Below, in pieces: positions 42,916 to 53,373 of a stretch of DNA of 64,000 bases (within the stretch, counting starts at the first letter, position 1; each line of letters starts with the position of its first letter). The notes under the pieces are model-generated. The model was given only the letters and a program-made list of their open reading frames with translations, ran no database searches and was not told the DNA's origin. The stretch is from an uncultured Methanomicrobiales archaeon. Its GTDB lineage: Archaea; Halobacteriota; Methanomicrobia; Methanomicrobiales; Methanospirillaceae. The stretch covers positions 224,001-288,000 of the forward strand of contig CAVWXH010000009.1 in assembly GCA_963758915.1 (NCBI GenBank), in the 5' to 3' direction. The translations under genes and the position numbers were made by a program.

Positions 42916-43994
42916 TAGAAATCTCCGGACTTTGCAGGAAGGTTGGGGACCGGGTACTGGTAAAGAATATCAATGTCACTATCCCTGATGGGATGATATT
43001 CGGGATCATCGGGCCGAGCGGGTCCGGGAAGACCACGCTGATGAGGATGATCGACCTCCTGGACAATCCTACCAGGGGCACCATCGAAATCAACGGTACC
43101 CGGGCAACAAAGGATAAGAAACAACAGCTTGAACTCCGGCGGAAAATGGGGATGGTCTTCCAGAAACCGATAGTCCTCTCTACCACAGTATTTGAGAATG
43201 TTTCGTACGGGCTCCGGTTCCGGGGCGTAAAAGGGGATGAGCTGAAGTCAAGGGTATTGGAAGCGATTGACCTTGTCGGGTTGTCCGGTTACGAGGACCG
43301 TTATGCCCCCACACTCTCCGGCGGGGAGATGCAACGGGTCGCAATTGCACGGTCAATGGTAACCCGCCCGGAGGTGCTCCTCCTTGACGAACCGACTGCA
43401 AATCTAGACCCGGCATCGACCGAAAAGATCGAGGAACTTATCAGGGCAATCAATTCCCGGTTTGGGACCACGATCATCATCTCGACCCATGACCTTGACC
43501 AGGGCCAGCATATTGCCCACCGGATTGCTGTGGTAATCGGTGGCAGGATCAGCCAGGCAGGGACCCCGGAAGAGGTCTTTCACAAGCCGGTAAACAGCGA
43601 GATCGCCCGGTTTGTGGGGCTTGAAAATATTATCGGGGGGACAGTAACAAAATCAGAAGAGGACCTGGTAACAATTTCCACGTATGGAAAAGAAGTCGAG
43701 GCGATCTCGAATGACGAAGTTGGAAGCCAGGTGTTTTTCAGCATACATCCCGATGATATCACACTTCACAGCGGAGTTGATTTTGAGAAGAATACGACCA
43801 GCGCAAGGAACTGTATTGTTGGAACCGTCACAGTTACCACGCTGAGCGGGCCTTTTGTCCTTGTTACCCTGGACTGCGGATTCCCGCTGAAGGTCATCGT
43901 TACCAGGAGATCGGTAGAAGACCTGGGGATTCAGCCCGGGAAGGAGATGCAGGCCTGTTTCAAGGCATCAGTCGTGCATGTAATGAAGAGGTAA
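42912..43994 (+). CDS. tupC: Tungstate ABC transporter ATPase with TOBE domains
   Basis: GPSGSGKTT, LSGGEMQRVAIAR and LLDEPTANLDP motifs; C-terminal SARN...TRRSVEDLG...FKAS. Confidence 0.88.
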   Translation: MIEISGLCRKVGDRVLVKNINVTIPDGMIFGIIGPSGSGKTTLMRMIDLLDNPTRGTIEINGTRATKDKKQQLELRRKMGMVFQKPIVLSTTVFENVSYGLRFRGVKGDELKSRVLEAIDLVGLSGYEDRYAPTLSGGEMQRVAIARSMVTRPEVLLLDEPTANLDPASTEKIEELIRAINSRFGTTIIISTHDLDQGQHIAHRIAVVIGGRISQAGTPEEVFHKPVNSEIARFVGLENIIGGTVTKSEEDLVTISTYGKEVEAISNDEVGSQVFFSIHPDDITLHSGVDFEKNTTSARNCIVGTVTVTTLSGPFVLVTLDCGFPLKVIVTRRSVEDLGIQPGKEMQACFKASVVHVMKR

Positions 43995-44124
43995 TGCAGA
44001 CCACTCTGTGGAAACTCTCCGTAATAAAAAATAAATCAGTGTTATAGAGACACGAAGTGGATTTCACCCCATTCCAGTTCCAATCATATCCTATTAATGG
44101 GGCTGGCAACGAAGATTATCCAGT

Positions 44125-44913
44125 ATGCGGTGTATCACTCTCGCGAGCGGCAGCAAGGGTAATTGTACGTACATCGAAGGTGAGAGCGGCGCCATCCTCA
44201 TCGATGCAGGGCTGTCAATCAAAGAGACGCTCCGGAGGCTCACGGAAGCCGGTGGGAGCCAGGATATGATCAGGGCAATCCTCGTCACCCACGAACATGG
44301 TGACCATATGAAGGGGCTTGCACCGCTTGCAAGGAGACTGGATGTCCCGGTGTATGCTACTGAAGGTACGCTCTATTCGTTCCTGACGAGAAAAATCCCG
44401 GAGAGAAAACCGGTGCATTATACCACGCTCCGTTATCATGAACCGTTTACCCTGGATGAATTTACCGTCGAGGCATTCCCGACATCCCATGATGCACGGG
44501 AGCCGTGCGGTTTCCTGGTCGCTTCCGGCGATACAAGGCTCGGGTACTGCACCGATACCGGGATCGTTACCGAACGGATGATGGTATACCTGAAACGGTC
44601 GGATGCGATCGTTCTCGAGAGCAACCACTGCCCTGAAATGCTCCGCACCGGTCCCTACCCGGAAATGCTGAAACGGAGGATCCGGTCGAAAAACGGCCAC
44701 CTTTCGAATACCCAGGCATCAGAATGTATCAGGACACTTGGCCAGGACGTAACACATATCCGGCTTGCCCATTTAAGCGAGGTAAATAATACACCGGATA
44801 TTGCCTTAAAAAACGGGCAAACGGGCCTCGGATTATTCATCAGCGATACCAGGCTCACCGTGGCATCAGAGGTAGGGCCTTCCCCCTGCTGGTCAGATGA
44901 AATTAAGCTCTGA
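44125..44913 (+). CDS. MBL-fold metallohydrolase (YycJ/WalJ-like)
   Basis: LASGSKGN, THEHGDH, SHDA, TDTG, ESNH, GHLSN and AHLSEVNN motifs. Confidence 0.9.
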   Translation: MRCITLASGSKGNCTYIEGESGAILIDAGLSIKETLRRLTEAGGSQDMIRAILVTHEHGDHMKGLAPLARRLDVPVYATEGTLYSFLTRKIPERKPVHYTTLRYHEPFTLDEFTVEAFPTSHDAREPCGFLVASGDTRLGYCTDTGIVTERMMVYLKRSDAIVLESNHCPEMLRTGPYPEMLKRRIRSKNGHLSNTQASECIRTLGQDVTHIRLAHLSEVNNTPDIALKNGQTGLGLFISDTRLTVASEVGPSPCWSDEIKL

Positions 44914-44965
44914 TGACCTATACCGGAAGCACTGGCAAAAGAACACGCTGATTATACAGGAATTT

Positions 44966-46162
44966 TCAGTCCGTCTTCATCTTCAGAATTTTCATGCAGT
45001 AGAGGTCAAGAGAATCAAGGAGAGCTTTTTTTGCCGCCTTTGCACGTTTTTCCTCGCCTGAAAAGGCATCTTCCGTGGCATATTCTATCAGGACAAGGTA
45101 ATGACTTTTCGGAAGGGCCCGGTTCCTGATCTCCTCAAGGCAGGCATAGGCCTCGGTCTTTTTTCCGGCCACGAGTTCGAATTCAAAATCAAGAAGAGCG
45201 AGGACGTTAGAGGGCATCTTTTTTCCGGCAGCGATCTTCCGGAAACTGCTGTATGCGGAGGTCTGTGATGAGATTATCGAGAGCTGCATCCCATAATAGA
45301 CGGGTTCCAGTTCATCCGGGTGCTGCTGCATCATCTGCCTGACTACGGCCGTGGCCCCGCTTGCATCACGGATCTCAATTTTATAGTGGTAGAGGTCCCG
45401 GAGGAAGAACATATCACTGAAGTACCGTTCTGACGCAATTTTCAGGAGTTCCCCCCTCATATCCCTGTTACCATCTTTCCTGGCCTTTTCAAGGCCGATT
45501 TTCAGGAACTCCACTTCAGTGGGGAACCAGTCTACTGAAAGCCGGAGCATGTACCAGAAAATTTTGTTGATCTTCAACTCCTGGAGTACATGAGGAAATT
45601 TCAGCCGGTTCACCGGGGGACGAAGGCGTACAAGCTCAATCATCTGTTCCCTTGCTGCCAGCGCTTTTTCACTCGGCCTCCGGTTGTGGGCAGGCACTCC
45701 GTTTTCTTTTAGGTGCTCTTCTGAAAGGGCATAATAACAATAGGAGATCGCAGTACAGATGATCGCATCGGTGGTCCGGTATTTGGTAAGGACCTCGGCA
45801 GCCTGGTTATATTTCCCGAGGTCTATTAGTTTGAAACCAAGGATGACATCAAAAATCATCTTCCCTGTCTGCCGTTTCCTCATCCGGACTGCATGGGAAA
45901 AAAGGCGTTCAACATACTCGATATCCCCGGAGCGCTTGCTCACTTCCAGCACTTTCATCGTTACATCATCGATCAGGCGGTCATGTGCCTCATCGCTGAT
46001 ACCCCGAAAGGAGTTCTCTATGATGGACATGACATGCCCGTAAAAAACCGGGAGGTTGGTATCTATCTTATCAGCATTCTTCTCGACGTATTCCGATAAT
46101 TCTTTCCTTACCTGGGCAATTCTGATGTCGAGAACCGCATCAGGCTGCCACTCTTCTTCCAT
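44966..46162 (-). CDS. Hypothetical helical (TPR-like) protein
   Basis: Long ORF with helical, charged composition; no clear motif. Confidence 0.6.
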   Translation of the reverse strand: MEEEWQPDAVLDIRIAQVRKELSEYVEKNADKIDTNLPVFYGHVMSIIENSFRGISDEAHDRLIDDVTMKVLEVSKRSGDIEYVERLFSHAVRMRKRQTGKMIFDVILGFKLIDLGKYNQAAEVLTKYRTTDAIICTAISYCYYALSEEHLKENGVPAHNRRPSEKALAAREQMIELVRLRPPVNRLKFPHVLQELKINKIFWYMLRLSVDWFPTEVEFLKIGLEKARKDGNRDMRGELLKIASERYFSDMFFLRDLYHYKIEIRDASGATAVVRQMMQQHPDELEPVYYGMQLSIISSQTSAYSSFRKIAAGKKMPSNVLALLDFEFELVAGKKTEAYACLEEIRNRALPKSHYLVLIEYATEDAFSGEEKRAKAAKKALLDSLDLYCMKILKMKTD

Positions 46163-46317
46163 AGGGTACCTTTGACTTTTCAGACTATAATAATTTTTAG
46201 AAGATGGCCGGGATTTAGCAAACAGGCAGAGATTCCACCATATTATTTTCTCCGTGACCTGGTGGGAACTCTTATCCGGGACAAGCGACAATTATTTGTC
46301 AGACTAAAGGTATTTCA

Positions 46318-47952
46318 ATGCTCTTCCGGGAATTTTCCGCCATTTGTGAACAACTTGAGGCAATTTCAGGCCGTCTCGAGATGATCGACCTCGTAAGCCG
46401 GCGGCTCCCGTCTCTTTCCGACGAGGAACTGCCGGTCTTCGTGCGGTTCATCATGGGCCGCATATTCCCGGACTGGAGCCCGCTGAAACTTGGGATTGGC
46501 CCGAACCTCCTCTATGAAGGGGTTGCATACGTCGTTGGGACAAAGAAGGAATCGGTCATTGAGACCATCAACAGGACAGGCGAAGTAGGAAAGGCCGTTG
46601 AATTCCTCCTTGCGGGGAAAGAGCAGACTTCCTTTTTTTCCGAAGAACTCGACCTTGTCATGGTATACCATGAGTTCGAAAAGATCGCGGATACCGGGGG
46701 TAAGAAATCACAACGGGAAAAACTGCTGGGCGTCCGGAAGCTCCTTGCAAATGCCACGCCCCTTGAAGGGCGTTACCTCGCCAGGATCATGCTGGAAGAC
46801 CTGCGGATCGGCATAGGGGAGGGAAATATCAGGGAGGCTGTTGCCAGGGCATTCGGGATTGATCCCGCCATTGTTGAACATGCCGTGCAGGCCTTAAACG
46901 ACCTCGGGTATGTTGCACAACTTGCAAAAGCCGGTGAGTCCGCCCTCAGGGACGTCCACATATCCCCCTTCCGCCCGGTAAAGATGATGCTCGCCCAGCA
47001 GGGGTCAATCGTATCAGCAATCGGGGAAAACGGGACAATCGCTGCCGAATACAAATATGACGGGAGCAGGTTCCAGTTTCATCGGCAGGGCGGGCTTTCA
47101 CGCCTGTATTCCCGGAAACTTGAGGACGTGACAAATGCCCTCCCGGATGTAATTGCCATCCTCAACGGGTCAACGACCCATGATATCATCCTCGACGGGG
47201 AGGTAATTGCGATTAAGGAGGGAAAACCTCTCCCTTTCCAGGCAGTCCTCCGCAGGTTCCGCAGGAAACACGGGATTTCTGAAATGCAGGAGGAGGTAAA
47301 CCTGGTCCCGAATATATTCGATATCCTCTACCTCGACGGGGAGACCCTGATCGACCTCCCGTTATCAGAAAGGAGGAAGCGCCTTGAAATGGCTGTCAGC
47401 AACCATGTCGCACCGCAGCTCGTAAGCGATGACCCGGCGGTTGTTGAAGAGTTCTACCATGCTTCCCTTGGTGCGGGTCACGAGGGGATTATGATCAAGG
47501 CACCGGGATCTCCCTATACACCCGGGATGAGGGGGAAAAACTGGCTGAAAGTCAAGCCGGAAGTGGACACCCTGGACCTTGCCGTTGTCGGTGCCGAATG
47601 GGGGGAGGGAAAACGGGCCCATTATTTTGGTTCCTTTCTCCTTGCATGCCAGGAGAATGGTGAGCTCATCACCCTCTCAAAAGTAGCTACCGGGTTTTCT
47701 GACGAGCAGCTTGCAGAGGTATATGACCTCCTCCATGACCGGATCATCTCGCAGGCGGGAAAAGAGGTGCGTTTTGAACCTGAACTTGTCTTCGAGGTCG
47801 GTTACGCGGAACTACAGGTAAGCCCGAACTACCCGGCAGGATTTGCATTGCGTTTCCCCCGGTTCGTCCGGATCAGGGACGACAAGGACACAACCGAGAT
47901 TGAAACACTCGGCAGCATAAGGGAACGGTACCAGCGGCAGCCAAATAGTTAG
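46318..47952 (+). CDS. lig: ATP-dependent DNA ligase
   Basis: [24 protein letters not shown] and LRFPRF motifs. Confidence 0.95.
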   Translation: MLFREFSAICEQLEAISGRLEMIDLVSRRLPSLSDEELPVFVRFIMGRIFPDWSPLKLGIGPNLLYEGVAYVVGTKKESVIETINRTGEVGKAVEFLLAGKEQTSFFSEELDLVMVYHEFEKIADTGGKKSQREKLLGVRKLLANATPLEGRYLARIMLEDLRIGIGEGNIREAVARAFGIDPAIVEHAVQALNDLGYVAQLAKAGESALRDVHISPFRPVKMMLAQQGSIVSAIGENGTIAAEYKYDGSRFQFHRQGGLSRLYSRKLEDVTNALPDVIAILNGSTTHDIILDGEVIAIKEGKPLPFQAVLRRFRRKHGISEMQEEVNLVPNIFDILYLDGETLIDLPLSERRKRLEMAVSNHVAPQLVSDDPAVVEEFYHASLGAGHEGIMIKAPGSPYTPGMRGKNWLKVKPEVDTLDLAVVGAEWGEGKRAHYFGSFLLACQENGELITLSKVATGFSDEQLAEVYDLLHDRIISQAGKEVRFEPELVFEVGYAELQVSPNYPAGFALRFPRFVRIRDDKDTTEIETLGSIRERYQRQPNS

Positions 47953-47958
47953 GGGAAC

Positions 47959-48218
47959 GGCTTTGTTGAAACCCTCTCAAATCGATCTTGCGGATTCCGG
48001 TTATTCGAATAGTTAGTCACGTTCCCGGGGCTCGTGGCCCGCCGCTGTGGCGACCCTGGTTGGAATAGAGACTATTCCCCAATACTCTGAATTTAATGAG
48101 CCTTCGATAAACCCTGCCCGAAGAATATCTTAATGGGGGTGGGGCAGGGAGGGGGTGAAACCCCCTCCTGTCAACGTATTCCCTCTTTTTTTAACTATGC
48201 AGGGTTTTTAACAAAGCC
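47959..48218. mobile_element. MITE-like element (~260 bp) with IS5-family (IS903-like) terminal inverted repeats
   Basis: Left GGCTTTGTTGAAACCCT; right AGGGTTTTTAACAAAGCC (reverse complement GGCTTTGTTAAAAACCCT). Internal GC hairpin CAGGGAGGGGG-TGAAA-CCCCCTCCTG. No ORF. Confidence 0.6.
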
Positions 48219-48277
48219 AAAAGAACGTTTTTAATATCTGGCAGGGCACGGAACTTCCGTGGGTAAAGAACCTCTTT

Positions 48278-49426
48278 TCAGGTCCCAAAATCAAACAGTG
48301 TCCTCTGGTTACGTATTTCGGGAAGGAGCGTGCTGTAACCTTCCCAGCCGGGGAACCCCGATGCAATACCAGCCTTCATTACCGCCTCACCAACGGTCTC
48401 ACAGGGGATGCCTGGCTGCTTCATGGCTCCCCTCGTTGCCTCCCTGATCACCCAGGTCCCAAGTGGAGCCCAGTACTCAGCTGAAACACTCCTGATTACG
48501 ATAACTCTCGCACACTGCCTGGTTGCTTCCAGGTATTCGGCTACGGCGAGCCTTGCAGAATAATAGGCACCGCTTATCGGGGAATACCCCCTCTTCTTCA
48601 GTCCCTCACGGTCAACCGTGATACTGTCCGACTCCCCTGACCAGAGGCTCTGTCGTTCCCACCGTTCAATCATCTCGTAACGCCAGTCACCCGGCAGTAA
48701 CATCACGACGATCCGGTTGGCATAGAGGTGATTCGAGAACACCCGGATTTGATCAACCGGCGTGTAACGCACAATTTTTTGTTTCAGGGAAGACGAGACA
48801 GCGTCATCAACAGCCGTAATCGACCACCGTGTCGGAACGACCTTCCGTCGCCTGCCAATTAGTCCGCCGGACATCAGGTGGCTGATCTGGTACACATCAA
48901 TACCGGACCGGTGGAGCTCGGAGCAGGCACCCATCGCACCCAGGTCGGTATCCGATGTGACCCGGTCAACGGAAGGGTCGACTTTCGGGTTATCGATCAC
49001 CTTCATCTTCTCAAGACTGCCGGACAGCCCGACAGGGGTAACCGTGCCGTCAAACGTCAGGTCAAAGGAAACCGGACGGGTGAACCTGACTTCAACATCA
49101 AGCGGGACACTGGAAATCGCCAGTTCCTGGAGAGCCGGAAGGTATGAGGCAACAGGGGATATTCCCCTGATTGTCCGGGCCCTGATATCCACGATATCAT
49201 CAATCCCCAGCCCTGACGCGACCCATGAAGGAGGGTCGTCCGCATCGTTAATCATGAGAGGTCCCCCGGTAACCCTCGGGTACCCGCACGAACCGATAAA
49301 AAGTGAAGGGGAAGCCCCCATGAACTCCTGCCTGGGAACAGTCCTGGCCTGGGCATGGAACCGTTTCATCACCGGACATTGGGGGAGTCCGCACATTCCC
49401 TTTCCTTTACAGGTCGCGCACATCAT
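48278..49426 (-). CDS. nreA: Nre family DNA repair protein
   Basis: N-terminal CATCKG..CG..CP, VPTRWSITAVD, YYSARLAV and PLGTWVIRE; C-terminal PIP box QRTLFDF. Confidence 0.9.
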   Translation of the reverse strand: MMCATCKGKGMCGLPQCPVMKRFHAQARTVPRQEFMGASPSLFIGSCGYPRVTGGPLMINDADDPPSWVASGLGIDDIVDIRARTIRGISPVASYLPALQELAISSVPLDVEVRFTRPVSFDLTFDGTVTPVGLSGSLEKMKVIDNPKVDPSVDRVTSDTDLGAMGACSELHRSGIDVYQISHLMSGGLIGRRRKVVPTRWSITAVDDAVSSSLKQKIVRYTPVDQIRVFSNHLYANRIVVMLLPGDWRYEMIERWERQSLWSGESDSITVDREGLKKRGYSPISGAYYSARLAVAEYLEATRQCARVIVIRSVSAEYWAPLGTWVIREATRGAMKQPGIPCETVGEAVMKAGIASGFPGWEGYSTLLPEIRNQRTLFDFGT

Positions 49427-50472
49427 AGGGGGTATTCCTCAGGGTAGATAACACACCCCCGCTCTCCAATAGCAGATATTTGCTCATTGACCCATGTATC
49501 CCATTCTACAGGTCCGTTTGGTATATTTTTGGCAATTTCATGCCCAAGATCATCATCCCGCCCGGACTTCACCAGGACCACGACTGAACCAGGCGCATAC
49601 TTCGGTGCTATTACCCCGTCTGCATCACCATCGACAATACCAAACACCGGGACACCCCGGTGCGCACAGATATGCCCGCAGACCGAGGTGGTGTCGTCAC
49701 CAATGGCGAGCACTCCCGCGACATCGTCACCGAGCTGTTGATACAGTCCATGACCGCAATGGTCTATTCCAATCACGCGACCTTTCGCCACGCCTCCTTT
49801 TATCTCAAACCCGCTGCCCGGATTCCGGCGCCTGACAACCCCGCTCTTACACCATGCCCTGGCAGGTGACACCGGCCCGAGACGGGCAAGTTTCTCAAAT
49901 CCATGGGGTTTTGGGCGCAACCCTGATACGGGTTCGATCACTCCTTCCCTCCCCCGGATTACAACAGTAGCAGCGGTGGCGGTTCCGATTACAAGCCCGT
50001 TCACAAAGACCGGTTCCCCGGGGATGCACCCGCGAATTTCCCTCATACCTTCCACTTCCACGTCCGGAAGGGCACTACACTCTTCAACCGGAAAACCGGT
50101 TGCACGGGATAAAAAAAACACAAGATCCGGGTCTGCGTCGTTCCAGGCATAGATCGTCCGGTCACTACACTCAAGATGGACAAGTCCCGCCGGAAGCAGT
50201 CTCCCGGCAATAATCCGGCCAAAAATTCTTCCCGATTCCCCGGTCTTGCCACAGTTTGCGAGAAATGCAGGGTTTGCCAGGTCACGGAGGACATATGAAG
50301 GCGGCTGCCCGGCGAACTCAAGGGGGAGACCGGATTCCTCGGCGGCGGTGCGGGCCATGATCCCGGAAACAATCGTCCTTCCAGGCCGGATATTCTCTAT
50401 CAGCCACCGGACGAAGCCGAGGTCAAAGATATCGGGGCCGTGGACGACCATTACAGGGGGATTTTTCAGCAC
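49423..50472 (-). CDS. DUF2117 family methanogen protein
   Basis: VVHGPDIFD.G, MARTAAEE, PGEPVFVNG.VIG, IGDDTT and GIVDGDAD motifs. Confidence 0.75.
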   Translation of the reverse strand: MLKNPPVMVVHGPDIFDLGFVRWLIENIRPGRTIVSGIMARTAAEESGLPLEFAGQPPSYVLRDLANPAFLANCGKTGESGRIFGRIIAGRLLPAGLVHLECSDRTIYAWNDADPDLVFFLSRATGFPVEECSALPDVEVEGMREIRGCIPGEPVFVNGLVIGTATAATVVIRGREGVIEPVSGLRPKPHGFEKLARLGPVSPARAWCKSGVVRRRNPGSGFEIKGGVAKGRVIGIDHCGHGLYQQLGDDVAGVLAIGDDTTSVCGHICAHRGVPVFGIVDGDADGVIAPKYAPGSVVVLVKSGRDDDLGHEIAKNIPNGPVEWDTWVNEQISAIGERGCVIYPEEYPL

Positions 50473-50637
50473 CGCGGTTCACCAACAGCGATCATTGTAC
50501 AGGTATCTGTTGCCGTGTATCTTTACCCTCCCGGATCACCCAAGCCAGGTCAGTGGGAAGTAATACCCCCAGCAACAAAAGCAATAATCACATGCAGGTC
50601 AACCTATACTAGTAATTTATTGCCTGTTTGCGAGACT

Positions 50638-51870
50638 ATGATGACAGAATGGAACGATCGAAGGGTACTGATTACCGGTGCGGGGGGGTTTGCGGGTCCG
50701 TACCTCGCCCGCTACCTTCTCGACCAGGGTGCCCTTGTCCATGGTCTGGTGAGAAAACCCATTAAAGAGGACCTCCGCCAGAATACAGCAGGGTCGCGGG
50801 CTGCATCAGGGATGATACAGGTCATTGGGGATCTTGATAGTCCTGCGAGTCTGGAAGATGCGATTGAAGCAGCGGACCCGGAAATTGTCTTTCACCTTGC
50901 TGCACAATCATCTGTAGCGAAGTCATTTACCGATCCGCTTGGGACGATGCAGACTAATTGTATCGGGACTAATAACCTCCTTGAAGCGGTAAGGAACGGG
51001 GAATGCGACCCGGTCGTGGTATTCGCAGGCTCTTCTGATGAATATGGGCTGGTGGTGAGTTCCCCGCAACAATATGAGCAACTGAAGAAGCACTATGGAA
51101 TAATCTTCCCGGAACCAATAATTCCTGAAGTACCAATCTCTGAAACAAACCCGCTCAGGCCAATGTCCCCCTACGCGGTAAGCAAGGTCTTCGGGGACCA
51201 CCTGACAAGGAACTATTTTCACAGTTATGGGGTAAAAACGGTTGTTTCACGTACATTCAACCACGAAGGTGCAGGGCGCGGGGTTATGTTTGTGACCGCA
51301 GTTATCGCGCGACAGGTAGCACAGCTGGTTGCAGGTGAAACCGGTTCCCTCTCGATTGGCAATGTCAACGCGTTCCGGGACTGGTCCCATATCGACGACG
51401 TGATCAGGGGTTACTGTATTCTTGCCACAAAGGGAGTCCATGGTGATGTATATAACCTCGGTACAATGCGGACCACCTCGGTATTGTCGTACCTTCTCAT
51501 GACTCTCGAGACTGCAGGATATCCGGTGCAGCAGGTGGAAGCATCTAATGGCGGAAAGGTCATTAAAGACCCGACGGCAACCGATACCACAGCCATGTTT
51601 GGTATCACGTTCCACAAGACAAAACTTGACAGGATGCTCCTTACCGGGGAGGTGGAATACCTGTTTGAAGATGGTGGGATCACAATCCGGACAGCGCAGG
51701 GGACCATTCCGGTTGTTTTCGATCCGGCGAAGTTCCGGCCTGCAGAGGTACCGATCCTGCTCGCGGATACCCGGAAAATTAAAAAAATAGGGTTCCGGGT
51801 GTCATGCAGCGTCGAAGATATTATCCGTGACCAGCTCGCATTTTTTTCAGACCCTGTCCACGGCGGATAA
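50638..51870 (+). CDS. gmd: GDP-mannose 4,6-dehydratase-like NDP-sugar dehydratase
   Basis: LITGAGGFAG, FHLAAQS, SPYAVSK, FNHEG, RDWSH and FRPAEVP.L motifs. Confidence 0.85.
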   Translation: MMTEWNDRRVLITGAGGFAGPYLARYLLDQGALVHGLVRKPIKEDLRQNTAGSRAASGMIQVIGDLDSPASLEDAIEAADPEIVFHLAAQSSVAKSFTDPLGTMQTNCIGTNNLLEAVRNGECDPVVVFAGSSDEYGLVVSSPQQYEQLKKHYGIIFPEPIIPEVPISETNPLRPMSPYAVSKVFGDHLTRNYFHSYGVKTVVSRTFNHEGAGRGVMFVTAVIARQVAQLVAGETGSLSIGNVNAFRDWSHIDDVIRGYCILATKGVHGDVYNLGTMRTTSVLSYLLMTLETAGYPVQQVEASNGGKVIKDPTATDTTAMFGITFHKTKLDRMLLTGEVEYLFEDGGITIRTAQGTIPVVFDPAKFRPAEVPILLADTRKIKKIGFRVSCSVEDIIRDQLAFFSDPVHGG

Positions 51871-51872
51871 CG

Positions 51873-53228
51873 TCATGACCGCATGTAGCGGTCATTGAAA
51901 CGGATGATATCGTCTTCCTCAAGGTACTCACCGATCTGGACTTCGATCACCTCGAGGGGGATCTTCCCTGAATTACCTAACCGGTGTTTCGTTCCTTCAG
52001 GGACATACGTGCTCTCCCCACGTTTGAACTGGTATTCCTTCCCATCAAGGTGGACATCAGCCATCCCGCTCACGACAATCCAGTGCTCGCTCCGGTGGAG
52101 ATGTTTCTGGAGGGATAGTTGTTCACCGGGCTTCACGGTAAGCCGTTTGATCCGGAAAAACTGAGACCGTTCAAGCTCGATATATGAACCCCATGGCCGT
52201 TGTACCTGCAGGGGATAATCGACCACCGGGTCACCTTTATCCTTGAGACGCCTGACCATCTCATTGACCCTGCCACTCTGAACCGTGTCCGCAACGAGCA
52301 GGGCATCCCCCGTATCCACTACCACGAGGTCCTTCACCCCGATAAGTGCAACTTTCCTTCCCGGTGCAGAGACAAAATTGCCGGTTGCATCAAGGTATTC
52401 AGCTTCACCGGTATTTCCGGCGGAATCATGATCGCGGTACTCGTACCATGCCTGGAACGTGCCCAAGTCCGTCCATGGAGCCTTAAGTGGTACTACCGCA
52501 ACCTGGCCGGATTTTTCAAGAAGGCCGTAATCAATTGACAGCGATGGAAGTTCCTGGTAATCAGGGATACTATTTTCAAATGCCTTTAGAAATTCCGGCT
52601 GATACCGCGCAAGCTCCAGAAAAAACATTTTCGTCGAAAAAAGGAACATCCCGCTATTCCAGAGGTACCCGGATGCCAGGTACTGTTCCGCAGTAGGCAG
52701 GTCGGGTTTTTCCTTGAACTCCAATACCCGGTAACCTGATGCAAGCGGGGTGCCCTGGGCAATATACCCGTACCCGGTATTCGGGTGTGTGGGTGGTATG
52801 CCAAAGAGGACCAGGTAGTCGCCGGCGATGCCTGCCGCCTCTTTTATCTCATCCGTCGCAGACTCCCCGAGTTTATGGTCACTTGGAAAAATGACCACAT
52901 CTGACTCGCCAAACCGCTTCCGTATCTCGGACATCGCCCAGGTAATCGCAGGAAGGGTATTTTTACCAACCGGTTCCATGAGGACCTGATATTCCGAAAG
53001 GACATACCCAATCTCTTCGATCTGGTTCCTGACGAGGTACTGGTGGACCTCATTGGTAACGATTATAATATCGGATGGCACACACAAGCGGAGGGCACGG
53101 AGAAATGTCTCCTGGAACAGGGAATGCCCTTCAATTTTAAGGAATTGTTTTGGCTGGTACGTCCGCGAAAGAGGCCACAGCCTTGTACCGACACCTCCTG
53201 CAAGGATCACGGATTTGAGAGAACTCAT
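51873..53228 (-). CDS. manC: Mannose-1-phosphate guanylyltransferase / mannose-6-phosphate isomerase
   Basis: ILAGG.GTRLWPLSR..PKQF, EKP, WNSGMF and SIDY; C-terminal cupin RPWG...LSLQKH.HRSEHW. Confidence 0.93.
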   Translation of the reverse strand: MSSLKSVILAGGVGTRLWPLSRTYQPKQFLKIEGHSLFQETFLRALRLCVPSDIIIVTNEVHQYLVRNQIEEIGYVLSEYQVLMEPVGKNTLPAITWAMSEIRKRFGESDVVIFPSDHKLGESATDEIKEAAGIAGDYLVLFGIPPTHPNTGYGYIAQGTPLASGYRVLEFKEKPDLPTAEQYLASGYLWNSGMFLFSTKMFFLELARYQPEFLKAFENSIPDYQELPSLSIDYGLLEKSGQVAVVPLKAPWTDLGTFQAWYEYRDHDSAGNTGEAEYLDATGNFVSAPGRKVALIGVKDLVVVDTGDALLVADTVQSGRVNEMVRRLKDKGDPVVDYPLQVQRPWGSYIELERSQFFRIKRLTVKPGEQLSLQKHLHRSEHWIVVSGMADVHLDGKEYQFKRGESTYVPEGTKHRLGNSGKIPLEVIEVQIGEYLEEDDIIRFNDRYMRS

Positions 53229-53373
53229 CGTTATTCATGCCAGTGTTAGAGATTATTCTCTCTTATCTGTTCCTGTCCATTTCTGCTGATGAAAAGAGAC
53301 CTGAAAACAGGCACCCGGGTGATACCCCGGGTAGCGATAACTACCATGAGGGGGTTATGCACTGCCCTGGTGA

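Noticed and set aside
46318-49426. lig and nreA adjacency as a DNA-repair operon
   Set aside because: The genes are convergent and both are known housekeeping repair genes; nothing novel is supportable.
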